Program-made: the position numbers and the translations under genes
Shown: piece after piece, positions 26,221 through 41,100 of the stretch
Numbering within the stretch: position 1 is the stretch's first letter
Layout: every line of letters begins with the position of its first letter
Notes under the pieces: model-generated
What the model was told of the DNA's origin: nothing
Databases searched by the model: none
What the model saw: the letters and a program-made list of their open reading frames with translations, nothing else
Source of the DNA: Octopus sinensis
Lineage: Eukaryota
DNA length: 64,000 nucleotides
Direction: 5' to 3'
Assembly (NCBI RefSeq): GCF_006345805.1
Contig: NC_043002.1
Location: forward strand, 54,126,001-54,190,000

Positions 26221-26602
26221 TTTTTACATGTTTCAGTCATTTGACTGAGGCCATACTGGAGCACCGCCTTTAGTCGAGCAAATCGACCCCAGGGACTTAT
26301 TCTTTGTAAGCCCAGTACTTATTCTATCGGTCTCTTTTGCCGAACCGCTAAGTGACGGGGACATAAACACACCAGCATCGGTTGTCAAGCAATGCTAGGG
26401 GGACAAACACACACACAGAAACACATAAATAAATATATACGACAGGCTTCTTTCAGTTTCCGTCTACCAAATCCACTCACAAGGCATTGGTCGGCCTGGG
26501 GCTATAGCAGAAGACACTTGCCCAAGATGCTACGCAGTGGGACTGAACCCGGAACCATGTGGTTGGTTAGCAAGCTACTTACCACACAGCCACTCCTGCG
26601 CC
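26221..26602 (-). mobile_element. SINE family A, full length
   Basis: Reverse complement of 14228-14650. Confidence 0.92.
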
Positions 26603-26826
26603 TATATATATGTAAATGTATAATATATATATATATGTATGGGGATGTGTGTGTGTGTGTGTGTGAGTGTGTGTGTGTAATATATATATATATTCGTATA
26701 GGATGATCCAAAACTCACATAGTATAAAAGTTCAGTTGGTGCAACAGCTGAAGCTCAGGTCATGCCCACCGATCGCAATATACAATCAGACTATGTAACT
26801 TTTTCATATATATATATATATAATAT

Positions 26827-26865
<39 letters not shown>

Positions 26866-26909
26866 GCTTATTTATCATACATGAATGTATGTATATATAG
26901 TCTTCTATA

Positions 26910-27406
<497 letters not shown>

Positions 27407-27501
27407 AGCGGCTATGTCGTAAGTAGCTTGCTTACCATCCACATGGTTCCGGGTTCGGTCCCACAGTGTGCCACCTTGGGCAAGTGTCTTCTACTATAGC
27501 C

Positions 27502-27769
27502 TTCTTATTCGCACAGCCGGCAACCCTGGTCGCTAAACTGTGGAATATATATATATATATATATATGTATATACATGCATGCATACATGCATGCATACAT
27601 ACATATATATACATACATATTAAAAAGAAAAAAAATTTTCAGGGACAATAGTGGTTTATTGAGACGGAAGATTGTGGGTTTTTTCGGATCGATGAACGAT
27701 AAACAGAAAAAAAGTTCTTTTTATATTCCACAGTTTAGCGACCAGGGTTGCCGGCTGTGCGAATAAGAA
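27502..27769. repeat. Fold-back with 48-bp perfect arms
   Basis: TTCTTATTCGCACAGCCGGCAACCCTGGTCGCTAAACTGTGGAATATA (27502-27549) versus its exact reverse complement at 27722-27769. Confidence 0.95.
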
Positions 27770-27770
27770 T

Positions 27771-27999
27771 GCAAGAGTCATAGAATGGAGTAGGTAAGAT
27801 CTGGGCTACATATGTTGTTTCCAAGCGTCAACATGTACATCTTTGCGACAAAGTAACCTTTAATTGAATCAAGATATCCTTGGCCCTGAAGTGTAGCCAG
27901 CGGTATACATTTCACTTGGAAATTAAACACTTCTGAGATTCCACTCGCTATGAAATATATGTAGCCCGTATCTTACCTACTCCATTCCGTAATTCTTGT
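27771..27999. repeat. Fold-back with ~43-bp imperfect arms
   Basis: GAATGGAGTAGGTAAGATCTGGGCTACATAT versus ATATGTAGCCCGTATCTTACCTACTCCATTC. Confidence 0.88.
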
Positions 28000-28139
28000 A
28001 TACATATACAAATATATATAATGCATGAATTATGTATGCATATATGTATGTATGTATGTATGTATGTATCCATATATTTATATCAGTTTCATGCTGTTTT
28101 TCTATGTAACTTGAGTAAAACAAACATTAATATAAATTT

Positions 28140-28313
28140 GATAGGCAGGCAGACAGACAAGTAGGTAGGGAGGGAGGTAGGTAGGTGGTTAGGTAGGTAC
28201 TACGTAGGTAGGTAGGTAGGTAGGTAGGTAGGTAGGTAGATAGGTAGGCAGACAGGGAGGCAGGCAAGCAGACAGGGAAGCAGGCAGAGAGACAGGCAGG
28301 CAGGCAGACAGAC

Positions 28314-28369
<56 letters not shown>

Positions 28370-28465
28370 GGATAGATGGGGATGGGTGGGTGGGTTGGTA
28401 GGTAGGTAGGTAGGTAGGTTGGTAGGTAGGTAGGTAGGTAGGTAGGTAGGTAGGTAGGTAGGTAC
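28140..28465. repeat. Compound (TAGG)/(CAGG)/(TAGA) microsatellite
   Basis: Directly visible. Confidence 0.95.
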
Positions 28466-29600
28466 GAGTCGGGGTGCGTCGCTAGGGGCACACACAATGC
28501 CCAACGTCACAAACAATGGGATCGAAGGCAAACGCGAAGGTGACGACGTTTAATATTATCAGAACAGAGTACATGTATACTTAAAAGGCCAACGCATTGG
28601 AATCAAGGTGATCCACAGTTTAATGGCCATCTGTAGCTTTAGAAGATATTTATTTTCTAATTTTTATTGTCGCAATACGTACACAAACATTAAGAATAAT
28701 GAGAGAAAAAGTAACATAAAGATCTGCAGAATTCTAAGAAAACCTTGATACGATTCCAGCTTAACTATCAATATTCTTCATCGTTTCAAGTGTGTCTACG
28801 TTCTTTCAGTTTTCAAAAGTAAATATATGGATATCTGTCTGTAAACGTACGTGTGCGTATGTACCTAATGGGTGTATATATATACATACAATAAATACAT
28901 ACAAATATAAGCGCATACATATCATACCTATATGCGTGTGTGTTTATGTATGAATGCATGTATGTTTATAGGCAGGTAGGTGGGTAGGTAGGTAGGTAGG
29001 TAGGTAGGTAGGTAGGTAGGTAGGAATGTAGGCATGTGGGTATATGAGTAAAAAGACTCAGATATATATAGAGAGAGAAAGGGGGAGAAAGAGAAGGTCT
29101 GTATACATGCATAGCTGTAAAAAAGATAATTATTTCTACCTGGTCCCATGCCTCAAAATTGTTTTTAGTTGTTCTAAGACACTTTAATAGTTCAGAATCT
29201 CGGATTTCATGTTCCCTTAAAATTTTTCATTCGCCCTGCCGCCATTATCCCTTCTATAAAACTGCATAGATAATAAAATGTCTCATCTCAAAAGCAGGCA
29301 TTCTCATGGCACTGCAGGCAATAAACATTTCAACACACATACACATACACACACACATGTATATATATGCATATATATTTACATATATACACATAGTCAA
29401 ATATATATATATACACTCATACAGACACATACGTGCATATGTGTGAATATACATATATATGTATATCACTATATGTATATTTACATTTACACATATATAA
29501 TATATACACACGTATATATATATATATATGTATACATATACATAGACACACATACATACAAATATATATGAGTGTGTGGATGTGTGTGTGCGCGCGCGTG

Positions 29601-29677
<77 letters not shown>

Positions 29678-30168
29678 TGTGTATTTAAAGAGAGAGAGAG
29701 AGAAAGTAAGAGGCATGTGTTGTATATATATGTGGGTGTGTACGCATGTATATATGTGGGTGGAGAGAGGGAGAGAGAGAGAGAGAGAGAGAGAGGAGCG
29801 GGCGTCGTATGTTATGAGGAAAATAATGTTCAATGTTAGTTAAACTGATAATGTCCCAAGTAACAGGGCAAATCAATGACACTAAGAAGACATTATTATT
29901 CGACGCTTTGAATCCAAAATCCGTTAAATTATATCGTTACACCGAGATTTTATTATATGCGCGTTTGTGTGAATGTGTGCCTGTGTGCACGGGCATATGT
30001 ATAAGAATATACACACACATAATGGGTGTATATTTTCTCTTCCTGATTAGAGACCAGAAATTTGTTTTGAATGGCCATACACTCGGTCGTGTTGTAAGGA
30101 ATAGTTTTTTTGTTTTAAATGGCGTGTCTAGTTCTTTCATTGTCTACATGCAATATTTTATCCATTTT

Positions 30169-30385
30169 GGCGGCAAGGTGGCAGAATCGTTAGTATGCAG
30201 GGCGAAATGCTTAGCGGCATTTCGTCCGTTTTTACATTGAGTTCAAATTCCGCCGAGATCTACTTTGCCTTTCATCTTTTCGTGGTCGATAAAATAAGTA
30301 GCATTTGAGCACCGGGGTCGATGTAATCGATTGGCCCCGTTCTCTAAAATTGCTGGCCTTGTACCGAAATTTGAAACCAATATTT
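30169..30385 (+). mobile_element. SINE family B, near full length
   Basis: GGCGGCAAGGTGGCAGAATCGTTAG...GAGTTCAAATTCCGCCGAG...AAATTTGAAACCAAT. Confidence 0.88.
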
Positions 30386-30690
30386 TTTCCATTTTAATTT
30401 CAAAATGTCTTGGAGGTATATTTTTGCTCTGTGTATCGCGATCATATTTAGCCAATGAATAATAGTTTAGTCATTCTTTGATCCAAACTGTTTGGTAGAT
30501 TACCTGTCACTTCAGTAATATTGCATATAGACCCGAAGAACTGTTCTGGATAATGGTTTTGCAGTCTCCTCACTAGTAATCTTGAGATTCCTTCTTCCCA
30601 CTGTATTTTTCTCAATGTAATGAGGCCAAGTTCGCAATTGGCTTCTACAACAAAATACTTTTGCACCTGATTGACAGCTATATCTATGTA

Positions 30691-31050
30691 TGCCATTATT
30701 CAATTATATTTCAAGATTTCTTGCCAATAGACAAAGAGCCGGTTTCTAATCTAGATCGAAGGTTCCTTCAAAGGAATTTCAACAATACCAAGAGGGTATT
30801 ATTGCATGTATGTGTATATATGTGCACTATTTGGAGTCAGTGCATGTGCATAGTTGTATGTTTTGCTTTATGCATGTACTCTCATGTATATAGTTGCATG
30901 TCTAGACATGCGCATATATACTTAAATGGTAAACTTCTGAAGGGATTTATAATTTTTTACAGTTCCAATGTTGGCTTGAATCTGTAGTCTTCGAATCAGC
31001 TTTGTCCTTTCTGGTCTTGAAAAGTCTAATTTCTCAAGATTGGCACTTTG
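30691..31050 (-). mobile_element. R4/Dong-type non-LTR element, 3' end (copy A)
   Basis: Homologous to 32121-32460 (C-terminal NLEKLDFSRPERTKLIRRLQ... plus 3' UTR). Confidence 0.8.
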
Positions 31051-31067
31051 TTACATATGTATGTATG

Positions 31068-31395
31068 CATATCCTCTTCTTAATTTTAGAATAAATTTTG
31101 ACCGGCCACCAACTCGGTAGCAAGTTTGTCAAGGAAAGTATCTTAACCATCACCTTTTAAATCTTAAGAAGATCTTGCAGATTTTTATAGTCTAAGATAC
31201 TGTAATCATTTGTAGCATATGAAATAAGGATTTTGCATTATCTCCCTCAAGATCCCAAATTTAACCGTACTTTGCCCCAGACAGCTTGGTATATATCCTG
31301 TTGCTCCGATGGTAATAGGCATGAAGTTGAAAGTATATCTTGGGTACTGGATTTGCAAACTTCTTGTCAATGGTCCATAGATGTCCCCTTTCTCA
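31068..31395 (-). mobile_element. R4/Dong-type non-LTR element, 3' end of a divergent subfamily (copy B)
   Basis: Manual translation EKGDIYGPLTRSLQIQYPRYTFNFMPITIGATGYIPSCL aligns with KENTYAELLRNLQLLYPDYKFRFIPVIIRTLGYVTHCL of ORF 32328-32750. Confidence 0.75.
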
Positions 31396-32120
31396 TGTAT
31401 GTATGTATATGTATGTATGTAACCTGGTACAACTTGTCATATCGTCGGGCTGTCTGCAACTAAACCAACAGCCCTACCAAGCCTGTTTAGTAAGGAGAAT
31501 GGGTTTCGTTGGACACCCTGCAGGAGGAAAAACAAAACTTGACAAAGTCTCAAAAGATGAATGAACTCGGTGAATCAATAATCATCCAATAGCAGGATTT
31601 AATAGACCCCTTGTTTTTGTTTGGACATCTCCCTGGGAGAGGGAAATTCCTATATAACACATGCGTCATCGAGAAGCCGAAGACATTACTATCACTTGTT
31701 TCTGAAATATTTGGCATTGTTAGTGAGTCTTAGCGGTGTTGTGCAAGCTGTTATTGACTTCAAATTTCAGCACGGGCATTACTGACAGTAATTGTCTTTA
31801 ATATCTAGACTAAGATCATTTGTCAGCTATGGTCATACTCGTCCACCAGTCGACAGCCACCGTGAGTACGTACGTTTGTATATATGCGTGTATGCATGAT
31901 TGTATGCCTGTTTCTATGTTTATAAGTATATATTTATTTACAGACAGAGTTTCACCTAATATTTATTCGTTACCGTTGCTTATAGTCTTTGTCTCGTGCC
32001 CATGTAAGAATTTAACGGGAACTAAACGTATATACATAAGTACTATCATTTATCTGTAAGTATTTGTCAGCGTGTGTGTGTGTGTATGAGAGAGAGAGAG
32101 AGTATGTGTGTATATATGTA

Positions 32121-32962
32121 TGCCATCGTTCAGTTTTATTTCAAGATTTCTTACCAATAGAGAAAAAGCTGGTTTTTAATCTACATTCAAAGCTTCTTCA
32201 TTGGAATTTCAACATCAACAACAGGATATTTTTGTTTGTATGTAAATATATGTGCAGATTTGTATGTTTTGCTTCATGTGTGCATTCTCATGCATATAGT
32301 TGCATATCAAGACATGCTCATATATACTTAAATGATAAACTTCTGGAAAGTTTTACAGATTTTTACAGTTCCAGTGCTGGAATGGATCTGTAGTCTTCGA
32401 ATTAGCTTTCTCCTTTCTGGTTTTGAGAAGCTTAATTTCTCAAGATTGGTATTTAGGCAGTGTGTTACGTATCCCAGGGTCCTAATAATTACAGGTATAA
32501 ACCTGAACTTGTAATCTGGATAGAGTAACTGCAGATTCCTCAATAGTTCAGCATATGTGTTCTCTTTTGCACTGATATTCAGCTTTATGTTAGCATCCAC
32601 TGGCCAACTAATTTCCACAACTGTGCACAGTTTCTCTTCTCTGTCCCAAATCATTATATCAGGTCTGTTGTGCTTACATTTTATTGAGGTTTTCACTGGG
32701 ACATTCCAACAGTACTCCTTTTTGTTATGAGTGGCTATGGGGGCTACCATATTGTGGGTTCTTATTTCTTTGTCCTCGGGCTTATCCTTCCGACGGATTA
32801 CTTTTTAGAGTGCCCTAGCTACATCATGTCCCATCGATAAATAGTACCGTGGTATTCGGACAACTGCTTATGATGTGAGTGATATCTTCACTGTGGACTC
32901 CACAAAGTCTGCATCGGTTGTCACATTTTGCTGCTTTTCCTGCATCTCTATCCCTTTCGGGC
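32121..32962 (-). mobile_element. R4/Dong-type (restriction-like endonuclease) non-LTR element, 5'-truncated (copy C)
   Basis: CRLCGVHSEDITHIISSCP zinc knuckle and HNRPDIMIWDREEKLCTVVEI (PD..D/E endonuclease). Confidence 0.88.
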
Positions 32963-33828
32963 ATCATATGTATGTTTGTATGCATGTGTCTTTGCGCATG
33001 TATGTATGTATGTATGGATGGATGGATGGATAGATGGATATCTATACATATATGGCGATGTATTTTGCACACACAAATAAATACACAGATTTAAGTGTAT
33101 GATTTTATCTCTTGTTAAAATTATGACTTGTGTTTACGAAACTAAGATTACAGGAAACTGACATTATTGCACAAAACTGTGTGATTACACACACACACAT
33201 ATGTGTGTGTATGTATGTAAGTAAGTATGTATGTATGTATATATATGTTTGTATGTATGTACAGACACACACAACCACCTACATACACCAACGTACGTGT
33301 AATTACTTCGACTCCATCATCTGTGCAATCTTCTCCTAAGTTGTATACAGATGGTTATCTGGTAATCTGGTTATGATAATTAAAGTATGTCATAAAATAA
33401 AGGTTCGTAATAAAACAAGATTTTTATACGGGCTTTATACTAGAATGAGTTTTGTGGGATATTTCGTTTAATAAGTCTCTACCATAAGTTTCAGTCGTTA
33501 ATATAAAGCTTGCTTATATAACGTCAATAATTCTGTTTCTTTTGCCATTTTTATAATTTTCTTTTTTATACTATTTATTTTTCTCCCAATTTATTTTTAT
33601 GACTTTCATTTTTTTTTCTGTTTGTGTATTCATGCATTTACTTCGTTTGTTTATTATTTGTTTCAAAGACAGTAATTCGAAATAATCTGAAGTAATGACA
33701 GTTAACTAGAGGTTTATTCCGTCCGTTTGTTCGTTCGTGTTTATACTTGTCTGAGACAATAAGACAAACAGAGGTAGAAATAGAAATACAAAATATATAG
33801 GCGTGTGTGTGTATGTGAGAGAGATTGT

Positions 33829-33921
<93 letters not shown>

Positions 33922-34040
33922 CAAACGTAAACCTGGAAGTACGAATAATACTACTACTGGACAGCACGGGTTAAATCTGAAGGTGGACGAGTACTGTACT
34001 CTGCTATGTTCTTAACAGAATATACAATAACCATATATAT

Positions 34041-35040
34041 CAAATCAAATCAAATCAAATTTATTGGCAGGAGAAAAGCACTATGCGCTTAAGCCATGTA
34101 AAAAAAAAAAACAAAAACAGTTATTGCTATATATAGTTTTTCTACGTAGTCTCCACAGTTGTCCAGAGCCTCTTTGAACAGGGAATGGTGGGCAGTTGAA
34201 TGACATCTTGTGGTAGCTTGTTCCACGGGGCTGCGATACGGACAGAGAATGCGGCCTTTCGCCTGTTGAGCCGAAAGTGTCGGGGTGAAAAACTCCGCAA
34301 ATGATAGGTTTACATTCCCGTTGAAGATGTTGAAAGCCAGGATGAGATCTCCCCGCATCCTCCGTCGTTCGAGTGAAGGTAACGCCAGCCGTTGGAGACG
34401 TTCCTCATACGTAAGCTTAGACAAGCCCGCGACCATTCGGGTGGCTAAGTGCTGAACCCGTTCCAGGTGCTGAATATCTTTCTGGATATATGAGTTTGAG
34501 GCCTGGATGCAATATTCGAGGATGGGTCGAACTAGAGTGATATATAAAGGCCGTAAGGCGTCCATTGAAAGGTTGATAAAGGACCACCTGATGAGGAAAA
34601 GATTCCTTCTGGCTTTGTTGGCTGCCTCGATACACTGCCGTGTTGGTTTGAAAGTAGTATCGATCGTTATTATGCTGAGATTCTTTTCTTCAGTGACTAT
34701 CTTAAGATGCTGGTGTTTGAGGCCAATAGGTAAGGGAGAGTTTGAAGATGAACCTATCGGCAAATGGCTGCATTTTGAGGCGTTCAGGGGCAGATCCCAT
34801 TCTTCCGCCCAATTCCAAGCTCGGTTCAGCGACGATTGGAGTATGTCGCATTAATTCCTAGGCGAAACAAGTTTGATGTCATCTGCAAATAGGAGGACTC
34901 TTCCATCAAGAAAATCTGGCAGGTCGTTGATATAGAGAAGGAAAAGTATTGGCCCCAGCACCGACCCCTGGGGAACGCCGCTGCAGGTATTCATCTCCGA
35001 AGAGATATTTCCATTTATCTGCACCCGAAAGGTTCGATGG
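34041..35040 (-). mobile_element. CR1/jockey-group LINE, 5'-truncated RT C-terminus with (ATTTG)n tail
   Basis: SGVPQGSVLGPILFLLYINDL...LFADD, LVRPILEY, LERVQ, YEERLQRL, LERRRMRGDLI; AATAAA at 34060-34065 (minus) then (ATTTG)4. Confidence 0.92.
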
Positions 35041-35295
35041 TTATATTAAATCTCTGAGCAAGATATTAACAGTAGCAATATGGAATCGTAACATATAATT
35101 GCCAACCAAGAATGGCGTCCTATACGTGACAGTGCTACTGACGTTTATAGCCTCGGGAAGACATCTTTTCCAGCTGGCTAACGACACACATTCTGTGTCT
35201 GATTAGTATTTGCGAGGGGAGGCCATCTCTCCCATCTCTAGCCTTACGTGATACACAAGAACTCAAGTTTCTGGGTGCCAAAATTTGAAACCATT

Positions 35296-35362
35296 AGTAG
35301 TAATAGTAGCAGTAGTAGTAGTAGTAGTAGTAGTGGTAGTAGTAGTGGTAGTAGTAGTAGTG

Positions 35363-35396
<34 letters not shown>

Positions 35397-35406
35397 TAGT
35401 AGTAGT

Positions 35407-35477
<71 letters not shown>

Positions 35478-35541
35478 CAGCAGCAGCAGCAGCAGCAGTT
35501 GTAGTAGTAGCAGCAGCAGTTGTAGTGGCAACAGCAGCAAC

Positions 35542-35592
<51 letters not shown>

Positions 35593-35596
35593 GGTA
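35296..35596. repeat. (TAG)n/(CAG)n compound trinucleotide array
   Basis: Visible; gives the poly-S/L/V ORFs. Confidence 0.97.
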
Positions 35597-35606
35597 TGCT
35601 CTAGAT

Positions 35607-36500
35607 CAAGGGTTCTCGACCATTTTCATCTTTGCATCGCCTTTAATTACTATTTTATTCTGGTGGACCCCTACCCCATAGCCATTCGATGTTTAAAAAC
35701 TAGTTTTATAGAAACCTCTTTCAAAATTCCATATTCTTTTCTTTTTTTCGCAGTGTAGGTTGAACTAAGTAAAATGTTAGAGAAAGAAACCGCGCTGCTC
35801 TTTGCAATACATACAACTATGTATTGGGTCGTCCGGAAAGTTCGTGCCGATTTTTAAAGGAAAGAAAAAGGTCAATAAATATTTGCCATTACATTTTTAA
35901 TCGAGCAAATATGAACCATTTTGTTGCACAATGCGTCTCCATCTTTCCTTTCACTTGAAAATACCATCTTCCCAGAATTGAGGTGGTTTTATGGCAAAGA
36001 ATTCATCAAGGTATCTTTTTACGTCATCCAAGGAATTGAAATTTTTACCATTTTTTACTATTCTGCAGAGACCTGAATAAATGGAAATCCGAAGGAGCAA
36101 TATCTGGTGAATATGGAGGGTAGGGTAACACATCCCAGCCGAGCTGCAGCAATTTTTGCCTGGTTCCCAAAGCATCAAGTGCCGAAAATGAACTTTTTCA
36201 TCTTCCATTTTAAAGGGTTACAGAATTAACACAGGTTATAGGAACATAAATCTTCTTCCACGAAAAGATAGCTTAAACTGTGCTCTAAATGGAGGTGTAG
36301 TCAAATCCTATTTTATGGACTCAACCGTGTTCTAAAATAAGTCGAAATGTAAGCTACTATAAATCGGCATGAACTTTCCGGACAACCCAATGCATCTAAG
36401 CCAAAATTTTTTCAGGGGCCCTTAAAATACTACTGTAGACTCCCAATTTACTATTGTATTGCGTGGACCCCCAAAAATCTTATAGATTGTTTTAGATAAA
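35607..36500. mobile_element. hAT (Charlie/Buster-like) MITE relic interrupted by a mariner
   Basis: CTCTAGAT|CAAGGGTTCTCGACC left end (NTCTAGAN-type target). No right TIR seen. Confidence 0.55.
35824..36390 (-). mobile_element. Internally deleted mariner (DD34D) with 30-bp TIRs
   Basis: TA|TTGGGTCGTCCGGAAAGTTCGTGCCGATTT versus AAATCGGCATGAACTTTCCGGACAACCCAA. N-terminal MEDEKVHFRHLML is joined to C-terminal LGTRQKLLQLGWDVLPYPPYSPDIAPSDFHLF. Confidence 0.93.
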
Positions 36501-37109
36501 TATGGATAATTTTTCAGCATCAAAATTCTTTTACCGAATACCGCTCTTTTGATGAGAAATGTCCTTTAAATCTAACTGCACAAAAAAATGCTCAGCCCTG
36601 CAAATATCTGTTTGTAACGAGTTACGCGCTTTTCAAACTTTTCAGACCAGCATTCAGTACTGGAAACATATATGTCCAGAATATTGAAAAAAACAGTTTT
36701 GTTAATCGCTTGAAGATTGCCTACTATTTTTTTTTATTTGGCATGGGCCCTAAAGTTACACAGATCTATTTCCAATGAGCGATATCATTTTATATGTGAG
36801 CGCATTTACTATGCATCACATGCAGGCTCACATACCCATATGCGTCCATGTGCGCGCGCGCGTAATATCGTTCCCCGTATGGAGAATAAAAATCAACGAA
36901 CCGTGTCTATTCACTGAAATAAGATTATAGATAAGAAATCGAGAAAAAGGAGCGAAATATTAATATACTTAGGAGAATTTTTATGTGACACTGTGAAAAG
37001 TAGATGAATCATCGTGTATGGAGATTTTGGTCGGTAAACGTTCGAAGCATTTCCTTTATCATATATAATCAATAAAGTTTTCCCAAGGAAGAAAGAAAGA
37101 TAGACAGAG

Positions 37110-38139
<1,030 letters not shown>

Positions 38140-41100
38140 AGTTTCTTTATTGGCCACACGGGGCTGCACACAGATGGGACAAATTACAAGGTAGAGCTTG
38201 TTTTCGATCAAAAGGGTTCGTAAAAGGAAAAAAGAAAAGAAAAGAAAAAAAGAAACTAAGGAAAAGGAACAAAAGAAAAGAAAAATGAAAAAAGAAGAAA
38301 AAAGAGGAAAAAAGGGGAAGAGGAAAAAAAGCGACCAATAGGGATCGTGTATCACAGTGTCATGATGTATGGTTTAAAGGGGAAAGCAGATAAGGTTTAT
38401 CCGTGGGAAGAAAAGCCTACGAAAAAGACCACGGTAACCTCGGTCAATATTGTTATATGTTACCACATTTGTTTGCAAGTGGGTAACCCTCTGTTTTCAA
38501 TTTCTGGGTTCATAGGATTATGCTCAAGGTGGCTTCGTCATTCATACGTGCCATCCCTGCTACATTCACCCATCTTTTTTTAAAACATTCGCTAGACAAA
38601 ACTTGCCTCTCTACTCTCACTTTCCTTTTCAAGTGGTACTTGAAGAAGTTGATGAGAGGTTGACCAGAGAGGAAAGTGTTTGTCTCCAATCCTTTCAGAC
38701 GCGTCCACCAGATACATTCTTTCTCCATAGCCACAAGGATGATGAAAATAGCTCTTCCTTCCCGTTTGAAGGAAGGAGGCGTGACAATATTGACGATAGA
38801 CTCAGCTGATAAACCGACTCGTCCCACACGTGACAGCAGTTGTTCGACATAAGCCCACAGGTCGGAAATTGTTGGACACTGCACGAGTGCGTGCAGAACG
38901 GTTTCGTCGCTCTGGCCGCATCTCAGGCAGGTGGGCCCCGTGTTTCTCGAGCCGCGTCTGTAGAGCTTATCCCGAACGGGTAGCGCTTCTCGGTAGCACT
39001 GCCAGGCCAGGGATCTCTGGAAGTTGTCCACGGGCCCTGGCCCGAAAGTCGTCCCAAACAGGCGGGTCAGGTATTCCTCGTCGACGTCCAGGTTCGCCCC
39101 GAGCTCGTCGTCGTACCTACCCTCCACTAATCCCCTATAGAATGCTTTAGTTGTGATGGAGTCACTCAAGGTCGACCCAGGACGGCAGAGTTGCTTGAGA
39201 GCAACGCGACACTCGCGGTGCCATACGCCCTTCCTCGGCCTCTTTTTGATCCACGATTGCAGTTCGGTCATGGAGACGAGCTGCGGGAAAACGGGCCTCA
39301 CAAACGGCGACCACACCTGTTCACCGTCGTCTACGAAGAGCCTGAGATGTCGCAGTCTCAGCGCGTGTCTGCGCATCATCAACCACGGCATGCCCAGTCC
39401 TCCTTTTAACGGGTGTTGACAGCAAATGGATCGCCTGACCATCGGGGCGCATCCTTTCTACAAGAAGCGAAAGAGAATGCGTTCTAGTTTGGTGATGGTA
39501 GGGTCGGGACAAGGCACGACGGTCAGGCGGTAGTAGATGACGGACGCGATGTACGTGTTCACCACCTCCGCCCGACCTTTTAGGGACAGTTTCCTCTCGG
39601 CCCATTGCCGGGCGAGAGTGACCACCCTACTCGTTATCTCGTTCCAGTTCTTCTCCATTTGGAGGTCCGGACCGAACCAGACCCCGAGCAACTCGACCGA
39701 ACCGTCGGTCCAGCTTCCCACAACGGAGGCGCTGGTGGACGGCATGGGCTTGCTTCTCCAGGTGCCTAGTCGCAAGCCCACTGACTTTTCCCGGTTGATT
39801 TTCGCTCCTGTCACCGCTTCGTAGTTTTTCAGTGTCTCGCCGACCTGCTCGATGTGCTCGTGGCTAGACACTATGATGGTGACGTCGTCCGCGTATGCAG
39901 ACACGCTCGTCCCGCATCCCAGTTCTCGCGGGATGCCCCTCAGAGTTGCCAGCTTCCGCAATAGTGGCTCGAGAGTCAATACGTATAGAAGCGACGAGAG
40001 GGGGCATCCCTGACGGACCGAACGTGCGATGTCGAAAAGTCTCGATAGATGTCCATTTACGCGAATTACCGAGCGGATGCCTCTGTACAAAGCGGCTATC
40101 CAGCCGCGGAAGACGGGACCGAAGCTAGCCGCTCTGCGGACTGCCTCCAAGTATCGATGGTCTACCCTATCGAAAGCTTTCGATTGATCCAAATTGATCA
40201 GCGCCCCACCCATGCCAGGTTCGTTAACTACCCTGTCTATGATGTAGCGCATTAGGTGGAGGTTGTCATGGATGGTCCGGCCCAGCTCGGCGCACGTTTG
40301 CGCCTTGTCGACCAGTTTCTCGATGACAAGCGCCAACCTCTTGGCTAACACCTTGGCCAAAATTTTCAAGTCTGCATTAAGCAGAGTGATGGGCCTAAAG
40401 TTATCTATTACATTTCCCTTGTTTAGATCTTTCTTCAGCAGTGTTACGGCTCCTCGGCTCACAAAACCAGGAATGCTCCCGTTTTGCTGCCAGTTGCAGT
40501 ACACCGCTGCCAAGACGTCTCCAAATAAGTCTGGCATACAACTGTAAAGCTCGTAGGGTAGACCATCCAAACCCGGCGATTTGTCCTTCGAGCATTCTGC
40601 CATCGCGTCCTGCACTTCCGCCGCCGTGATGGCCCCTTCGCAGCATCCTGCCTCTCTTGTCGAGAGTCGTGGTAGGCTGTGTAGGTAGGCACTGAAGTCC
40701 ACCCTACGTTCTTGCCCGCCACCCGTCCCAACAGTCGGGCAAAATGCTGTTGAAAGGCCTCACACATTTTACTTGGCTCGATCAATTCGCGCCCCTGTTA
40801 ATCTACCAGAGACCGAATGGTGGCTTTGTTGCCCTGTTGCGCCTCTGCCACCCGGGCCTCTCTCGCGGCTCCAACACCTTCGTTCCTTAGAGCACGCATC
40901 CTAGCTCTGACAGCACACCCTTCGTGTTTGGCGTTGAAGTGTTGTTCGAGGGCCAACCTCGCCGCCAAAACGTCGGATGCGATGCCGCTTCTAATTGCCT
41001 CTTCTAGCTTCTTAACTAGTTCACCCTCTACTCTATTTCTATCTATGGCTAGTGCTTTGCTGTACCTAATCGCTTCTGCTTTTACTGCTCTCTTGAGGGC

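Noticed and set aside
34027-35045. ATAACCAT / ATGGTTAT inverted 8-mer near the CR1 ends
   Set aside because: It is inverted, not a direct TSD, and short enough to be chance in AT-rich DNA.
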